Shown: piece by piece, positions 29,067 to 38,594 of the stretch | How the letters are laid out: every line of letters starts with the position of its first letter | Numbering within the stretch: the stretch's first letter is position 1 | DNA from: Planctomycetota bacterium | GTDB taxonomy: Bacteria > Planctomycetota > Planctomycetia > Pirellulales > Thermoguttaceae | DNA length: 63,007 nt | Reading direction: 5' to 3' | Assembly: GCA_029549885.1 (NCBI GenBank) | Contig: JAKPII010000434.1 | Coordinates: 1 to 63,007, forward strand | The notes under the pieces: generated by a model | Databases searched by the model: none | The model's input: only the letters and a program-made list of their open reading frames with translations | What the model was told of the DNA's origin: nothing | Made by a program: the position numbers and the translations under genes

Positions 29067-29158
29067 ACGTCCTTCCGGGTTCTAGCCCGGGCAACCACAG
29101 GGGGTTGCCCCTACCAATTGATGGTCCGCTCCTAGAGGCCCATCGAACGTCCCGGCCA
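29067..29158 (+). repeat. Right copy of ~92-bp REP-containing direct repeat
   Basis: Aligns with 25008-25100 and contains an intact REP at 29089-29114. Confidence 0.8.
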
Positions 29159-29486
29159 TAGCTCCAAATGGGACGTCAATGGGCAACGTGGTGGACGCCG
29201 GCGCGCCGCTTTAGATTTGGGCCAGGAAAGCGCGTTCCTCCAAACAATCAACGAACGCCCTCGCCCATGCTGTGTGTTGGACGTGCTACCGCCGGGAGGT
29301 AAAATCGGAGGATGCTGTATGTTGCGTATCACCTCGATCACACGTCAATCGAGTCTCGGAAGCGCAAATCCGATCACTTCCTTTGCCGTGGGCACCTCAC
29401 TGAACGAAGGCCATCCACGGGAGGTGTTCGTCATCAATGACGGCGAGCCACGGCAAGACTACGTTCCAACGATGGGGAGGTAACCT

Positions 29487-30473
29487 TTGACAATGACGAC
29501 AATCATCCGGAAATGGTTGGCAAGCCTTAGTCTTTCTTCCATGGTTTTTATACTACTCCTCGTGGGATGTCACCGGCCACCGGCCCAGCAGTCGCAACCG
29601 ACCCGCGAAGAGAAACCCTCTCAGACAGCCGCGACCACTGCCGAGTCGGGCGACCAAGCCACGCCCGAGGCGACCGCTACCCCACGTGCGTCACGCCTTC
29701 GCGACGTTGTTCCCGCGGAGCTGACGGCCGCCATGCAGAAGGCGAATCCCACGTTTCGTGGCGAAGTCATTGTTGAAAATCAGGACGGCGCAGTCGTAGT
29801 GGCCATCAATGATCCGGAAGTGCACGACATTTCACCCTTGGCCGGGCTGCGAATCCACAAGTTGGACCTGTATCAATGCTCGGTGAGTGATCTTAGCCCC
29901 TTGCGGGGGCTGCCGCTGACGGCCATGGCCTTGGACCGCACTCAGGTCAAGGATTTGCGTCCCCTGGCCGGTATGCCGCTGGAGTATCTCTCTCTTAGCG
30001 AAACCGAGGTCAGCGACCTTTCGCCCCTGGCCGGTTGTCCCTTAAAGCAACTGAACTTAGTCCGAACCAAGGTGACCGATCTTTCGCCTTTGGCCGGATG
30101 TCCGCTGGAGACGCTTTGGCTTAACGACACCCCGGTTTCGGATCTTTCGCCTTTGCGGAGTGTCCCGCTGGTGAGTTTGACGATTGCGGGGACCAAGGTC
30201 CGCGACCTCAGTCCGCTCAAGGGCATGCCGTTAAAGCGTCTCCATATCGCCCGCTCGGAGGTCACCGACCTCACACCCCTTCGCTGGTTACGGCTGGAAC
30301 GACTGATCTTCACGCCGTCGAAGATTGAGTCGGGGATGGACGTGGTGCGGAACATGCCGACGCTCCGCGAGATTGGCACGGCCTTTGGCGAGTCGGATTG
30401 GGGAATTGCCGACCGCGTCATGCCGCCCGCCGAATTTTGGGAACTCTATGACGCCGGCCAACTGAAGGAGTGA
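29487..30473 (+). CDS. Leucine-rich repeat lipoprotein (internalin-like 21-aa LRRs)
   Basis: Lipobox LLVGC and about eight repeats of (S/T)DLSPLxG.PLxxLxLxxTxV. Confidence 0.8.
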   Translation: MTMTTIIRKWLASLSLSSMVFILLLVGCHRPPAQQSQPTREEKPSQTAATTAESGDQATPEATATPRASRLRDVVPAELTAAMQKANPTFRGEVIVENQDGAVVVAINDPEVHDISPLAGLRIHKLDLYQCSVSDLSPLRGLPLTAMALDRTQVKDLRPLAGMPLEYLSLSETEVSDLSPLAGCPLKQLNLVRTKVTDLSPLAGCPLETLWLNDTPVSDLSPLRSVPLVSLTIAGTKVRDLSPLKGMPLKRLHIARSEVTDLTPLRWLRLERLIFTPSKIESGMDVVRNMPTLREIGTAFGESDWGIADRVMPPAEFWELYDAGQLKE

Positions 30474-30492
30474 AGCCGGTTCTGACATCGGT

Positions 30493-31947
30493 TCATCCCC
30501 CACGCTGATAGGCGGCCCGAATCGCCCGCAGAAGCCCTTCCGCCTTGTGCCAGGTTTCTGCGTACTCATCCTCTGGGCGCGAGGTGGCGAGGATGCCCCC
30601 ACCTACCGAAAACACCCACCAGCCCTTGGCCGCGGTGAGGGTCCGAATCAGGATGTTGAAATCCGCATCACCATTAAAACCCACATAGCCCAGGCAGCCG
30701 CAGTACGCGCCGCGGGCATGGGGTTCGAGTTCGGCAATAATCTCCATGGCGCGAATCTTGGGAGCCCCAGTGATCGACCCGCCCGGGAAGGACGCCGCAA
30801 GCAAATCAAAGGCATCGTACGATTCCCGCAGGCGCCCCTCGATGACCGAGACCAAGTGGAAAACTGCCTCGTAGGTTTCCAGATGACAGAGACTCGAGAC
30901 GCAGACGCTCTCCGCCAAACACACCCGCGAGAGGTCATTCCGCAACAGGTCGGTAATCATGACATTTTCGGCCCGGTCTTTTTGGGAATGCAGCAGCTCC
31001 CGGGCAATTCGCCGATCTGTGTCGGGGTCATGGGTCCGTCGCCGGGTTCCCTTAATGGGCCGCGTTTCGACCCAGCGATCGCGGACGCGGAGGAAGCGTT
31101 CCGGCGAGCTCGAGAGGATCTGCCACTGCCCGAGGTCACAATAGCCGGCGAAGGGAGCCGGATTCTCCTCCCGCAAAAGCTCGTAGAGCGACAAGGAATC
31201 TATTGCGGCGGGACAGGCCAACCGCTGGGACAGGTTCACCTGAAAGACGTCGCCCGCTCGGATGTACTCCACCACCTGCGAAACAGCCGCCAAGTAGGCT
31301 TCTTCCGAAAAATTACTCCAAAAATGAGGACCCTCGCCAGTGAGCGACTGGAAAACCGCGACCTGCCCTGGTAAGGCCTCCCGTGGCGCCATAGTCGAAG
31401 CAATCGGCCGCCCATTCGCTTCGGCTGGTTCTCGAAGTCGGTCTCGAAAGAAATCCAGGCGTTCGCGGGCGCGGCGTGCCCGGCTCGCAGGATCGGTCTC
31501 GGGAAACCCCTGGGAAATCAGCCATGCCCGGCCTCGCTCGTGATCCACGGCCAGCACAATATCGTAAAGCCCCACGGCCAAAAGTGGCGTTCGCATGTCA
31601 TCAATCCGAGCGGCGGGGACGTCCTCAAATGCCCGATTGAGTTCGTAGCCCCACAATCCTGCGGCACCACCCTGAAACGGCGGTAAATCAGGGCAAGATA
31701 CTTGCCGGAAGCAGCGTGTCCGTTCCGCCAAACTCTGAAAGGCCTCTCGCGCTGCCTGGCCTGACGCATCGGCCTGGACAAGCCAACGTTCGAAGGGATC
31801 AGCCGCCACAAAGGAAAATCGCCCCAACCGTGGGTCCTCCTGGGCACTGTCAAAGACAACAAGCCAAGGTAACTGGGCAAAGACGGCAACACTCCGCCGC
31901 CAATCGGCATAGGGGACCTCGACAACCAGGGGCAGCGAGCGAGACAT
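30493..31947 (-). CDS. pabB: Aminodeoxychorismate synthase component I
   Basis: PPFQGG, AGDVFQVNLSQR, SSSPERF, TRPIKGT, AENVMITDLLRNDL, FPGGSITGAPKIRAM and NILIRT. Confidence 0.85.
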   Translation of the reverse strand: MSRSLPLVVEVPYADWRRSVAVFAQLPWLVVFDSAQEDPRLGRFSFVAADPFERWLVQADASGQAAREAFQSLAERTRCFRQVSCPDLPPFQGGAAGLWGYELNRAFEDVPAARIDDMRTPLLAVGLYDIVLAVDHERGRAWLISQGFPETDPASRARRARERLDFFRDRLREPAEANGRPIASTMAPREALPGQVAVFQSLTGEGPHFWSNFSEEAYLAAVSQVVEYIRAGDVFQVNLSQRLACPAAIDSLSLYELLREENPAPFAGYCDLGQWQILSSSPERFLRVRDRWVETRPIKGTRRRTHDPDTDRRIARELLHSQKDRAENVMITDLLRNDLSRVCLAESVCVSSLCHLETYEAVFHLVSVIEGRLRESYDAFDLLAASFPGGSITGAPKIRAMEIIAELEPHARGAYCGCLGYVGFNGDADFNILIRTLTAAKGWWVFSVGGGILATSRPEDEYAETWHKAEGLLRAIRAAYQRGG

Positions 31948-31957
31948 CGAACAAGGA

Positions 31958-33418
31958 TTAGTTCTTGCCTTCTGAACAACCGGCGCGGCCACGACGTCGC
32001 TTCAACCGCTGGATGCGCCGTTCTCGGGGCGAAGGTTCCGGAATGGTGTGCAGACCCCAATGAAGGGCTTCATCCTGACAATAGTTTTTCCCCAGTTGCC
32101 GAGCAATGGAGGCCTTGCACAACTCGTAGCCCAAATAAAAGGCCGTGTCCACATCAATCTCTCGGCCCTGCGATTCGGCCGCGGCGAGGATTTTGTCAAA
32201 GAGCTGATAAGCGTCTTCGGCCTGAAGTTCCTGGCCAAACGCCCAACTGCGAAGCTGATCTTTCACCACAAACAGCCGCGGCGAGGGATCACGCAATCGA
32301 GCGCGGAGCTCTTCGAGATACTTCTCATCGCCATCGCTGATCTGGTGATCCCGCAACATAGCAAAGGAAGAATCCACATTTCGTAACGTTACGTGGAACT
32401 GTTTCGCACAGTGGGTCAGGCGGCGGATGACGTGGCACTCTCGGACGGAGGTCCTCGCGGTATTCACCTCGTGCGTGGTGGTGATCCAGCGAGCGCCCAT
32501 CTCTTCTGCCAAACCCAGGAGGACCAAGAGCATTGGGCCGGTATCCGCCGGGCAATGGTACAACAGCGGGCACAAATCCATCACCAGCGGTACCTCTGGC
32601 CAGCGCTCTCTTGCCTCAACGCACCGAAGGATGCTCTGCGTCAATCCCAGACCGACCGGAGTCATGGGCTGCTTAAGCAGGAAGCGGCGATGCTTCTCGC
32701 TCAAACTGGCAATGACCTCCTCGACCCCCTGCCACGTGCCGGGAAGTTCCGGCTCAACCACGGCCCACGTCTCCGCCGATACCTCCGCCCAGTCTGGACG
32801 GAACGGCTCTAAAAAATCTGCTCCCTCTGCCGCTGCCGCTTGATAGCTCGTCTTTTCCAGCGATCGGATCCACACCCGATGCCCATGGGAACGCAACGCC
32901 TTGATCAATTTCCCCAGATTCGGAAATGGTTCGCGATCCTCATGCCACAGTGCAATGGCATCCGCCCCTTCTGCGACTAGGCGGTCCGCCAAATCCAGAA
33001 CCACCGACGGTTCCAGATTGGCGGCATCCTTGAGGACCGACACAATCTTGAGATCATATTCGTCTTGGGGCAAACAAGGCCGATAGCGTCGCTTGAAGAA
33101 ATCGGGCAACTCGTGAAGATCGTTCGGACCTCGCTCCGCTGGGATGCCCGTCCGCCGAGATAGTTCGCCCACATCGCCTTGACAACGACCGGGCAAAAGA
33201 ATCCGCGTCACCTTCGGCGGCACTTTCAACCGCTCGCTGATCCAGGGAACGCTCATCAGCCCAGCGATCGTGATCGGCATGACGGCCACCGAGTACTGAA
33301 ACTCGAACGCCGTCGCAAGGTCCGGCAACATTCGGTTGAGAAGGGGCTCGGCCAACTGACCCGTCACAAAGAGGAAATGTTCACAAGACGAAGGAACTTC
33401 ACGATCGTCGTAATCCAT
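31958..33418 (-). CDS. DUF6513 / dihydropteroate-synthase-related protein (methanopterin-pathway Orf20-like), divergent
   Basis: N-terminal HFLFVTGQLAE...LPGRCQGD...GPNDLHELPDFF and C-terminal AFYLGYELCKA..LGKNYCQDEALHWG. Co-oriented with pabB. Confidence 0.7.
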   Translation of the reverse strand: MDYDDREVPSSCEHFLFVTGQLAEPLLNRMLPDLATAFEFQYSVAVMPITIAGLMSVPWISERLKVPPKVTRILLPGRCQGDVGELSRRTGIPAERGPNDLHELPDFFKRRYRPCLPQDEYDLKIVSVLKDAANLEPSVVLDLADRLVAEGADAIALWHEDREPFPNLGKLIKALRSHGHRVWIRSLEKTSYQAAAAEGADFLEPFRPDWAEVSAETWAVVEPELPGTWQGVEEVIASLSEKHRRFLLKQPMTPVGLGLTQSILRCVEARERWPEVPLVMDLCPLLYHCPADTGPMLLVLLGLAEEMGARWITTTHEVNTARTSVRECHVIRRLTHCAKQFHVTLRNVDSSFAMLRDHQISDGDEKYLEELRARLRDPSPRLFVVKDQLRSWAFGQELQAEDAYQLFDKILAAAESQGREIDVDTAFYLGYELCKASIARQLGKNYCQDEALHWGLHTIPEPSPRERRIQRLKRRRGRAGCSEGKN

Positions 33419-33921
33419 AAACGACGCCTCCGCGGCCTAGCCGCTTTTGGGCGGGATGATTGGCGTTATATTCGACAAAACAGTTACAGGTTGACCGACA
33501 ACGCTCTCTGGCCACCAATTCGGCGAGGGGTGACCGCCACCGACGCCAGTCAGGGCGATGTTGTCCAAAAACATCCGTACCCCGGCAGTGACCCCACGGT
33601 CACCCCGGACTTGGGCGGCAAGCTCCGGTTGCCTGGCCTGTCCGCCGGTGATGCTTGTCCGCTACTACTCTCTATTCTACGCAGCCCCCACGGCGAGACG
33701 TAGATAAATTGGGGAACCTCTGTAAAGATAGCTAAACACAACCCAGAGACAAGCCCCCATTCCCCACCGGTAAAATCCCCGAGCCGCCGGTGGATGATGG
33801 CTCGAAAATTGCCCACGGTTAAGGGACAATAAATCTTCAGCGTGGATTTGGTTTTGCGTGGCAATCCGCGGCGGGGATCTCGTTTTCGGTTGAAGGCTGA
33901 AAGAGTAGCATCTCGCCACAA

Positions 33922-34077
33922 GGGCCTATCCCAAAGTTCCCTCTCCCCTTGGGAGAGGGTTGGGGTGAGGGCAAGCGACCGTCGGAGTCAATTGACAAAA
34001 CCGGCAGCGATTCAAGCCACCCTCATCCCCGGCCCCTCTTCCGCCCAACGAGAGAGGGGAGGTTGTGGGATACGCTC
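33922..34077 (+). mobile_element. MITE-like element copy 3 (156 bp)
   Basis: CAA|GGGCCTATCCCA...TGGGATACGCTC|TAA, with the same internal hairpins as the other copies. Confidence 0.75.
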
Positions 34078-34127
34078 TAAGTCAAAGTAGTCCCTCATGA
34101 AGTTTCCTTGTTGGACACTGTGATGCC

Positions 34128-35087
34128 ATGGTACAGGTCCCGGATTTTCTCAAGCAACGGCAGGCGGACTGGCTCGAACTGGAACACATTTGTCACATTG
34201 CCAACCGCGTGACGGAGCGACCAACCGCCGAAATGGTCTGCCGGTTGTCGGAGCTTTATCGGGCGGCCTGCGCGGACCTGGCACTAGCCGAGGCTCAGCA
34301 GCTATCGCCGGAGGTGTTGGATTATCTACATCGCCTTGTGGGGCAGGCCCATAATGTGCTTTACCGTCACCCGCAGAGCCTACCCCGGCAGTGGCTCCGC
34401 GCGATCTTCATCGAGGTTCCAGCCTACGCCATTCGCGACAAGATGATTTGGCTGGCTTTTGCCTCGTTTTGGGGCCTTTTCTTGTTGACCGCTTTTCTTT
34501 CCCGACAAAGTGAGACCTTCGCAGAGGCTGTTGTGGGCCAAGAGTTGCTTGACGCCATTGAGGATATGTACTCTCGGCCGTTCAGCGACGAATACCCGAC
34601 GATTGTGGCAGTTGGGTTTTATATCATGCACAATATCGGGATTGCTCTCCGGTGCTTTGCTTTGGGTATCCTGTTTGTGTTGCCGGGGTTGTTTATCCTG
34701 GTGTTCAACGCTGTGACGTTAGGAACGGTTTTTGGGCACATGAGCGTGGCCGCCCAGGCCGACACCTTCTTTGAATTCGTCACGGGACACGGGCCTTTCG
34801 AATTAACGGGGATTTGCTTGGCGGCGGGATGCGGCATGCGGCTGGGCTTTTCGCTGCTAGAGACCGGGGAATTGACGCGGCTGGCTTCCCTACGGCTCGC
34901 CGCCCGACAAGTGGCCCCGGTGCTGTTGGTGGCCTGTTTCTTCTTCGTTTTGGCCGCCATCATCGAAGGCCTCGTGTCGCCGTCGGCCACGCCGGTAGAG
35001 ACCAAACGTTGGATTGCCACGCTTTCCACGGTCGTGCTCGTCGTCTATTTCTCCACAGGTTTTTTCACCAGACCGAGCCATGGTTGA
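34128..35087 (+). CDS. Stage II sporulation protein M (DUF95) family membrane protein
   Basis: WLELE..LYRAACADLA N-terminus, FYIMHNIGIAL, HGPFEL and AAIIEG. Confidence 0.85.
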   Translation: MVQVPDFLKQRQADWLELEHICHIANRVTERPTAEMVCRLSELYRAACADLALAEAQQLSPEVLDYLHRLVGQAHNVLYRHPQSLPRQWLRAIFIEVPAYAIRDKMIWLAFASFWGLFLLTAFLSRQSETFAEAVVGQELLDAIEDMYSRPFSDEYPTIVAVGFYIMHNIGIALRCFALGILFVLPGLFILVFNAVTLGTVFGHMSVAAQADTFFEFVTGHGPFELTGICLAAGCGMRLGFSLLETGELTRLASLRLAARQVAPVLLVACFFFVLAAIIEGLVSPSATPVETKRWIATLSTVVLVVYFSTGFFTRPSHG

Positions 35088-35925
35088 TCTCGCACAGACA
35101 CGGGTGGTTATTCGCGCGCGGGAGATCGGCGACCTCTGCGATCTCGCCCTGGCGGCGATCCGCCGCGATGGTTGGTCGCTTCTCCGCTGGTGGCTGTTGA
35201 TGGTTATTCCCTATCTGGTGGTGGTCGATTCGATCCTCGTCATTTTTTTCCGTCGACTTTGGGAGCCGGAACCCGAGTTTTCCCTCATCGGATACGCTTT
35301 CCTCATCAGCGTGGCGGGCCTGACGCCGCTTTCTTTGCTCAGCGGTTTACTGACCCTCCACTTGGGGATGAGCGTTTTCGTCAAACGGCCCACGTTTCGA
35401 GAAGTTTGGCGAGCGTGGATCTCTCGGCTTGGTTACATGCTCCTGGTGCAACTCATGCCCTTTGCGAGTCGCGGCCCTGCCATTGCCGAAATCGTTTTAC
35501 TCGAGCGACTCGTGCCCACCACGCGGGAAGGTCGCGCGGCCATCCGGCGAAGACTTACAGCCTTAGCCAGTTACGGTTTATCCATAAACCAGCTTGGTGC
35601 CTTTTTTGCCTTGCTAACGTTTTTTATTATCGGACTTACCATGGCAGGAATGTACTTCTCCTTTTTGACGTTTGAGACTCCCTGGCGTTGGGGTTGGGCC
35701 CTTGTCGGTTTTCAGCTCGGCGCGTGCATCGCCGGGGGGTTTAACCGCGTGGTGCGGTTTTTCCTGTATCTCAACAGTCGGATCAAGTACGAGGGTTGGG
35801 ATGTTGAGCTGGCCGCCCGGGCAGCCGCCCAGCGACTCCTGCGGACAAACCGGGAGGTCTCCTCTTCTCAGCCGCTCACTCCGCCTACGTCCAATCAACG
35901 TCCTAAAGCAGCCGTCTCGCCTTAA
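35080..35925 (+). CDS. Multi-pass membrane protein of SpoIIM/MoxR-associated clusters
   Basis: IRAREIGDLCDLAL N-terminus and FLYLNSRIKYEGWDVEL C-terminus. Translationally coupled to the SpoIIM gene. Confidence 0.7.
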   Translation: MVDLAQTRVVIRAREIGDLCDLALAAIRRDGWSLLRWWLLMVIPYLVVVDSILVIFFRRLWEPEPEFSLIGYAFLISVAGLTPLSLLSGLLTLHLGMSVFVKRPTFREVWRAWISRLGYMLLVQLMPFASRGPAIAEIVLLERLVPTTREGRAAIRRRLTALASYGLSINQLGAFFALLTFFIIGLTMAGMYFSFLTFETPWRWGWALVGFQLGACIAGGFNRVVRFFLYLNSRIKYEGWDVELAARAAAQRLLRTNREVSSSQPLTPPTSNQRPKAAVSP

Positions 35926-37288
35926 TCTCAAGGTATTGATTGACGAGCGGGGCCGTCATTTCTTCCGGAAACACATCCAGCACGAGTGCCCCTTTACTGC
36001 GGATCGCGGTGATAACATGATGACGCCAGGTGAGGATGCGCGCCGCGGCCGCCGCCTTCCATAGGTCGTCCCTTTCCTTTTGCCCGTCGCTTAGTGGGGC
36101 GAACATTGTGTGATCGCGGAGGAAGACCCCCAGCGGCAAGTGCCGTCCCGCCAAATTGGTGAGGTAACGTTCCACCTGTCGGCCGTTGACATCGTCGATT
36201 AAGTGCGTGACGAGCACCACGAGGGTCCGCTTTCGGACATGGGCCGCCAAATATCGGAACGCCAGGTCATAACGGGACTCCACCATCCGCGGAAAGCGAT
36301 CGAAGGCCATGTTGATGAGCCGCGCCATCTGGTGCTTTCCCCCACGCGGGTTCAAAAAGGCGTGGATTTCATCGGAGAAGGCCAACAGCCCCACGGAGTC
36401 GCCATGCTTCAGGGCGACATACGCCAGTAGCAGCACGGCATTCCAGGTGTGGTCGAGCATACTCAAACCGGCCCATTCGTTGGTCATCATCCGACCACAA
36501 TCCACCATGAAGACAACGCGCTGACTTTGGCTCTGCTGGAAGTCCTTGACGGTGAGCTTTCTCCGCCGGGCGGTGGCGCGCCAGTCAATCCAGCGATACT
36601 CATCATCGATGGTGTAATCCCGCAGGCGCTCGAACTCGTCCTCGTGCCCGGCACGGCGAACACGCCGCACGCCAATAAGACTGAGCCGATTCACCCGGGC
36701 AAGCATGGCGTATTCGGAAAGCTGCTTGATATCAGGATAGACATGGAGGACCGTCTCGCAGGGATAGGTCATCTGCCGGAACCATAACCCGTAACGGCTG
36801 TTGCCGCGGATATAGACGGCCGACATGGAAAAGGCCCCGCGTCGCTGCGGACGAAGTTCGTAATCGACAACCGTCCGTAAGCCGGGTCTGAGCGCGACGT
36901 GAATCAGCGGCGGCGTCGGCTGCAAGATGCGGTCAGCACCATCGCGGATGACCGCCTTTACCATCCAAGGGGCCAGCGATGTGATGGTCAGGGACACAGG
37001 ATGGCGTTTTTTCAAGGACGCCACCTTGGCATGGTTGCGTTCGCACCGCAACCAATTTTTTCTGGGAACTGTGAAAAGGTCCCTGATGATAATCACAAGA
37101 TAGGCAACATCGACAATAAGCACGGCGACCCAGGCGCTTTCCAACACAACAAGCCCCAATGTGGCCGTCACAGGAATGAGGCCCAACAGAACGGCTCGCA
37201 GAGAAGGATAAACCCCCCACGCCGCCGCGGTGGCTAGGAGCGCGACGAATGGCAGGGAGAATCCGAGAAACATCAGGATTGGGGTCAC
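35903..37288 (-). CDS. DUF58 (vWA-like) protein
   Basis: EFERLRDY..DEYRWIDWRATARR, MVDCGRMM and GDSVGLLAFSD. Confidence 0.88.
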   Translation of the reverse strand: MTPILMFLGFSLPFVALLATAAAWGVYPSLRAVLLGLIPVTATLGLVVLESAWVAVLIVDVAYLVIIIRDLFTVPRKNWLRCERNHAKVASLKKRHPVSLTITSLAPWMVKAVIRDGADRILQPTPPLIHVALRPGLRTVVDYELRPQRRGAFSMSAVYIRGNSRYGLWFRQMTYPCETVLHVYPDIKQLSEYAMLARVNRLSLIGVRRVRRAGHEDEFERLRDYTIDDEYRWIDWRATARRRKLTVKDFQQSQSQRVVFMVDCGRMMTNEWAGLSMLDHTWNAVLLLAYVALKHGDSVGLLAFSDEIHAFLNPRGGKHQMARLINMAFDRFPRMVESRYDLAFRYLAAHVRKRTLVVLVTHLIDDVNGRQVERYLTNLAGRHLPLGVFLRDHTMFAPLSDGQKERDDLWKAAAAARILTWRHHVITAIRSKGALVLDVFPEEMTAPLVNQYLEIKARRLL

Positions 37289-38520
37289 AGCCGTGGGACC
37301 TCTACGGAGCGGATGACCTCGTGTAATACGTCGTCCACCCGATAGCCTTCGACCTCGGCCTCCGGTGCCAAGATGACGCGATGGCGGAGGGCCGGTAGGG
37401 CCAAATCGACCACATCGTCAGGCACCGCATAGTCCCGACCACGGAAGGCAGCCAGCGTCCGTGCCGCTTGCATCAGAGCTAATCCTGCCCGCGGCGAAGC
37501 CCCAACGAGGATTTGCGGCCAGTTTCGCGTTTTCCGCACCAAAGCATTGATGTAATTGACCAGCTTCGGGTCAACGCGAACTTCTCCTGCCAATCGCGTG
37601 ACGCTCATGATTTCTTCGGGATTCGTGACGACGCTCAGTTCCTGCAAGCGCTGGTCGATGTCCTCGCGCACACTGTGCAGAATCAGGATCCTGGCCTCTT
37701 CTTCCTCCCGCGGATAATCCATAATCAGTTTGAACATGAAGCGGTCCATCTGGGCCTCGGGAAGATTGTACGTCCCCTCCGATTCAATAGGATTTTGCGT
37801 CGCCAGGACCATAAACGGTCGATCGAGCTTATGCCGTGTCCGCTCTACGGTGACACTCAGTTCCTGCATGACCTCGAGGAGGGCAGCGTGCGTCTTAGCC
37901 GGCGAGCGATTGATTTCATCCGCCAGGAGGATATTCGTGAACACGGGCCCAGGGCGAAAGATGAACTCTTGGGTTTTCACATCAAAGATGGGGGAACCCG
38001 TGATGTCCGACGGCATGAGGTCCGCGGTGAATTGGATTCGATTGAACTTACAGCCGAGGACCCGTCCCAACGTCCGCACAAAGAGCGTCTTTCCTAGCCC
38101 AGGGACACTTTCAATTAAGACATGGCCACCCGAAAACAGCGCCGTCAACGTCCCCAGAACAAGCTCATCCTGACCGACAAAGACCTTTCGTACCTCTCGC
38201 TCAATACGCTCGTACAGCTCCCGCACGGGGAGCATCCTTTGAGAAAGGCTACCAGCTGCTAGATCGTTGACAGGCGGCGGACTCGCTGTTACGACGACAG
38301 CGGCTGATGGTCCGGCAACGGCCTCGGCCACGATAGGCTTCTCAACGACTGGATCACCTGCGGTCCTGAGCCATTCGGCGGCCTTGACCCAATTGCTCAT
38401 CCCCTCCGTCCAAAGCCAGTCCTCGGCAGCGATCTCACCGGTCCCCAAGCGACGCCGCAGCTCAGCCTCCTCAATCGGTCCAAAGCGATTCGGCCCCTTC
38501 GCATAGTACCAAAGCCTCAT
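37285..38520 (-). CDS. MoxR-family AAA+ ATPase with N-terminal GYF_2 domain
   Basis: N-terminal WYYAKGPNRFGP...WTEGMSNW, followed by ESVPGLGKT, RIQFTADLMPSDITG, LADEINR and ATQNPIE.EGTY.LPEAQ.DRF. Confidence 0.9.
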   Translation of the reverse strand: MRLWYYAKGPNRFGPIEEAELRRRLGTGEIAAEDWLWTEGMSNWVKAAEWLRTAGDPVVEKPIVAEAVAGPSAAVVVTASPPPVNDLAAGSLSQRMLPVRELYERIEREVRKVFVGQDELVLGTLTALFSGGHVLIESVPGLGKTLFVRTLGRVLGCKFNRIQFTADLMPSDITGSPIFDVKTQEFIFRPGPVFTNILLADEINRSPAKTHAALLEVMQELSVTVERTRHKLDRPFMVLATQNPIESEGTYNLPEAQMDRFMFKLIMDYPREEEEARILILHSVREDIDQRLQELSVVTNPEEIMSVTRLAGEVRVDPKLVNYINALVRKTRNWPQILVGASPRAGLALMQAARTLAAFRGRDYAVPDDVVDLALPALRHRVILAPEAEVEGYRVDDVLHEVIRSVEVPRL

Positions 38521-38594
38521 CAGAGGGACTCCTCACATTTGAAAAATCGGTAACCGTTCCCAGCGAACGGGGAATCTTTCTGAGCTACACCCGC

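Noticed and set aside
29820-30300. Periodic ~63-bp DNA similarity suggesting an array
   Set aside because: It is explained by in-frame 21-aa leucine-rich repeats of the lipoprotein.
33540-33710. Possible RNase P, SRP or tmRNA gene
   Set aside because: Hallmark motifs such as GAGGAAAGTCC or tRNA-like ends were not found on either strand. It is kept only as a low-interest unknown.
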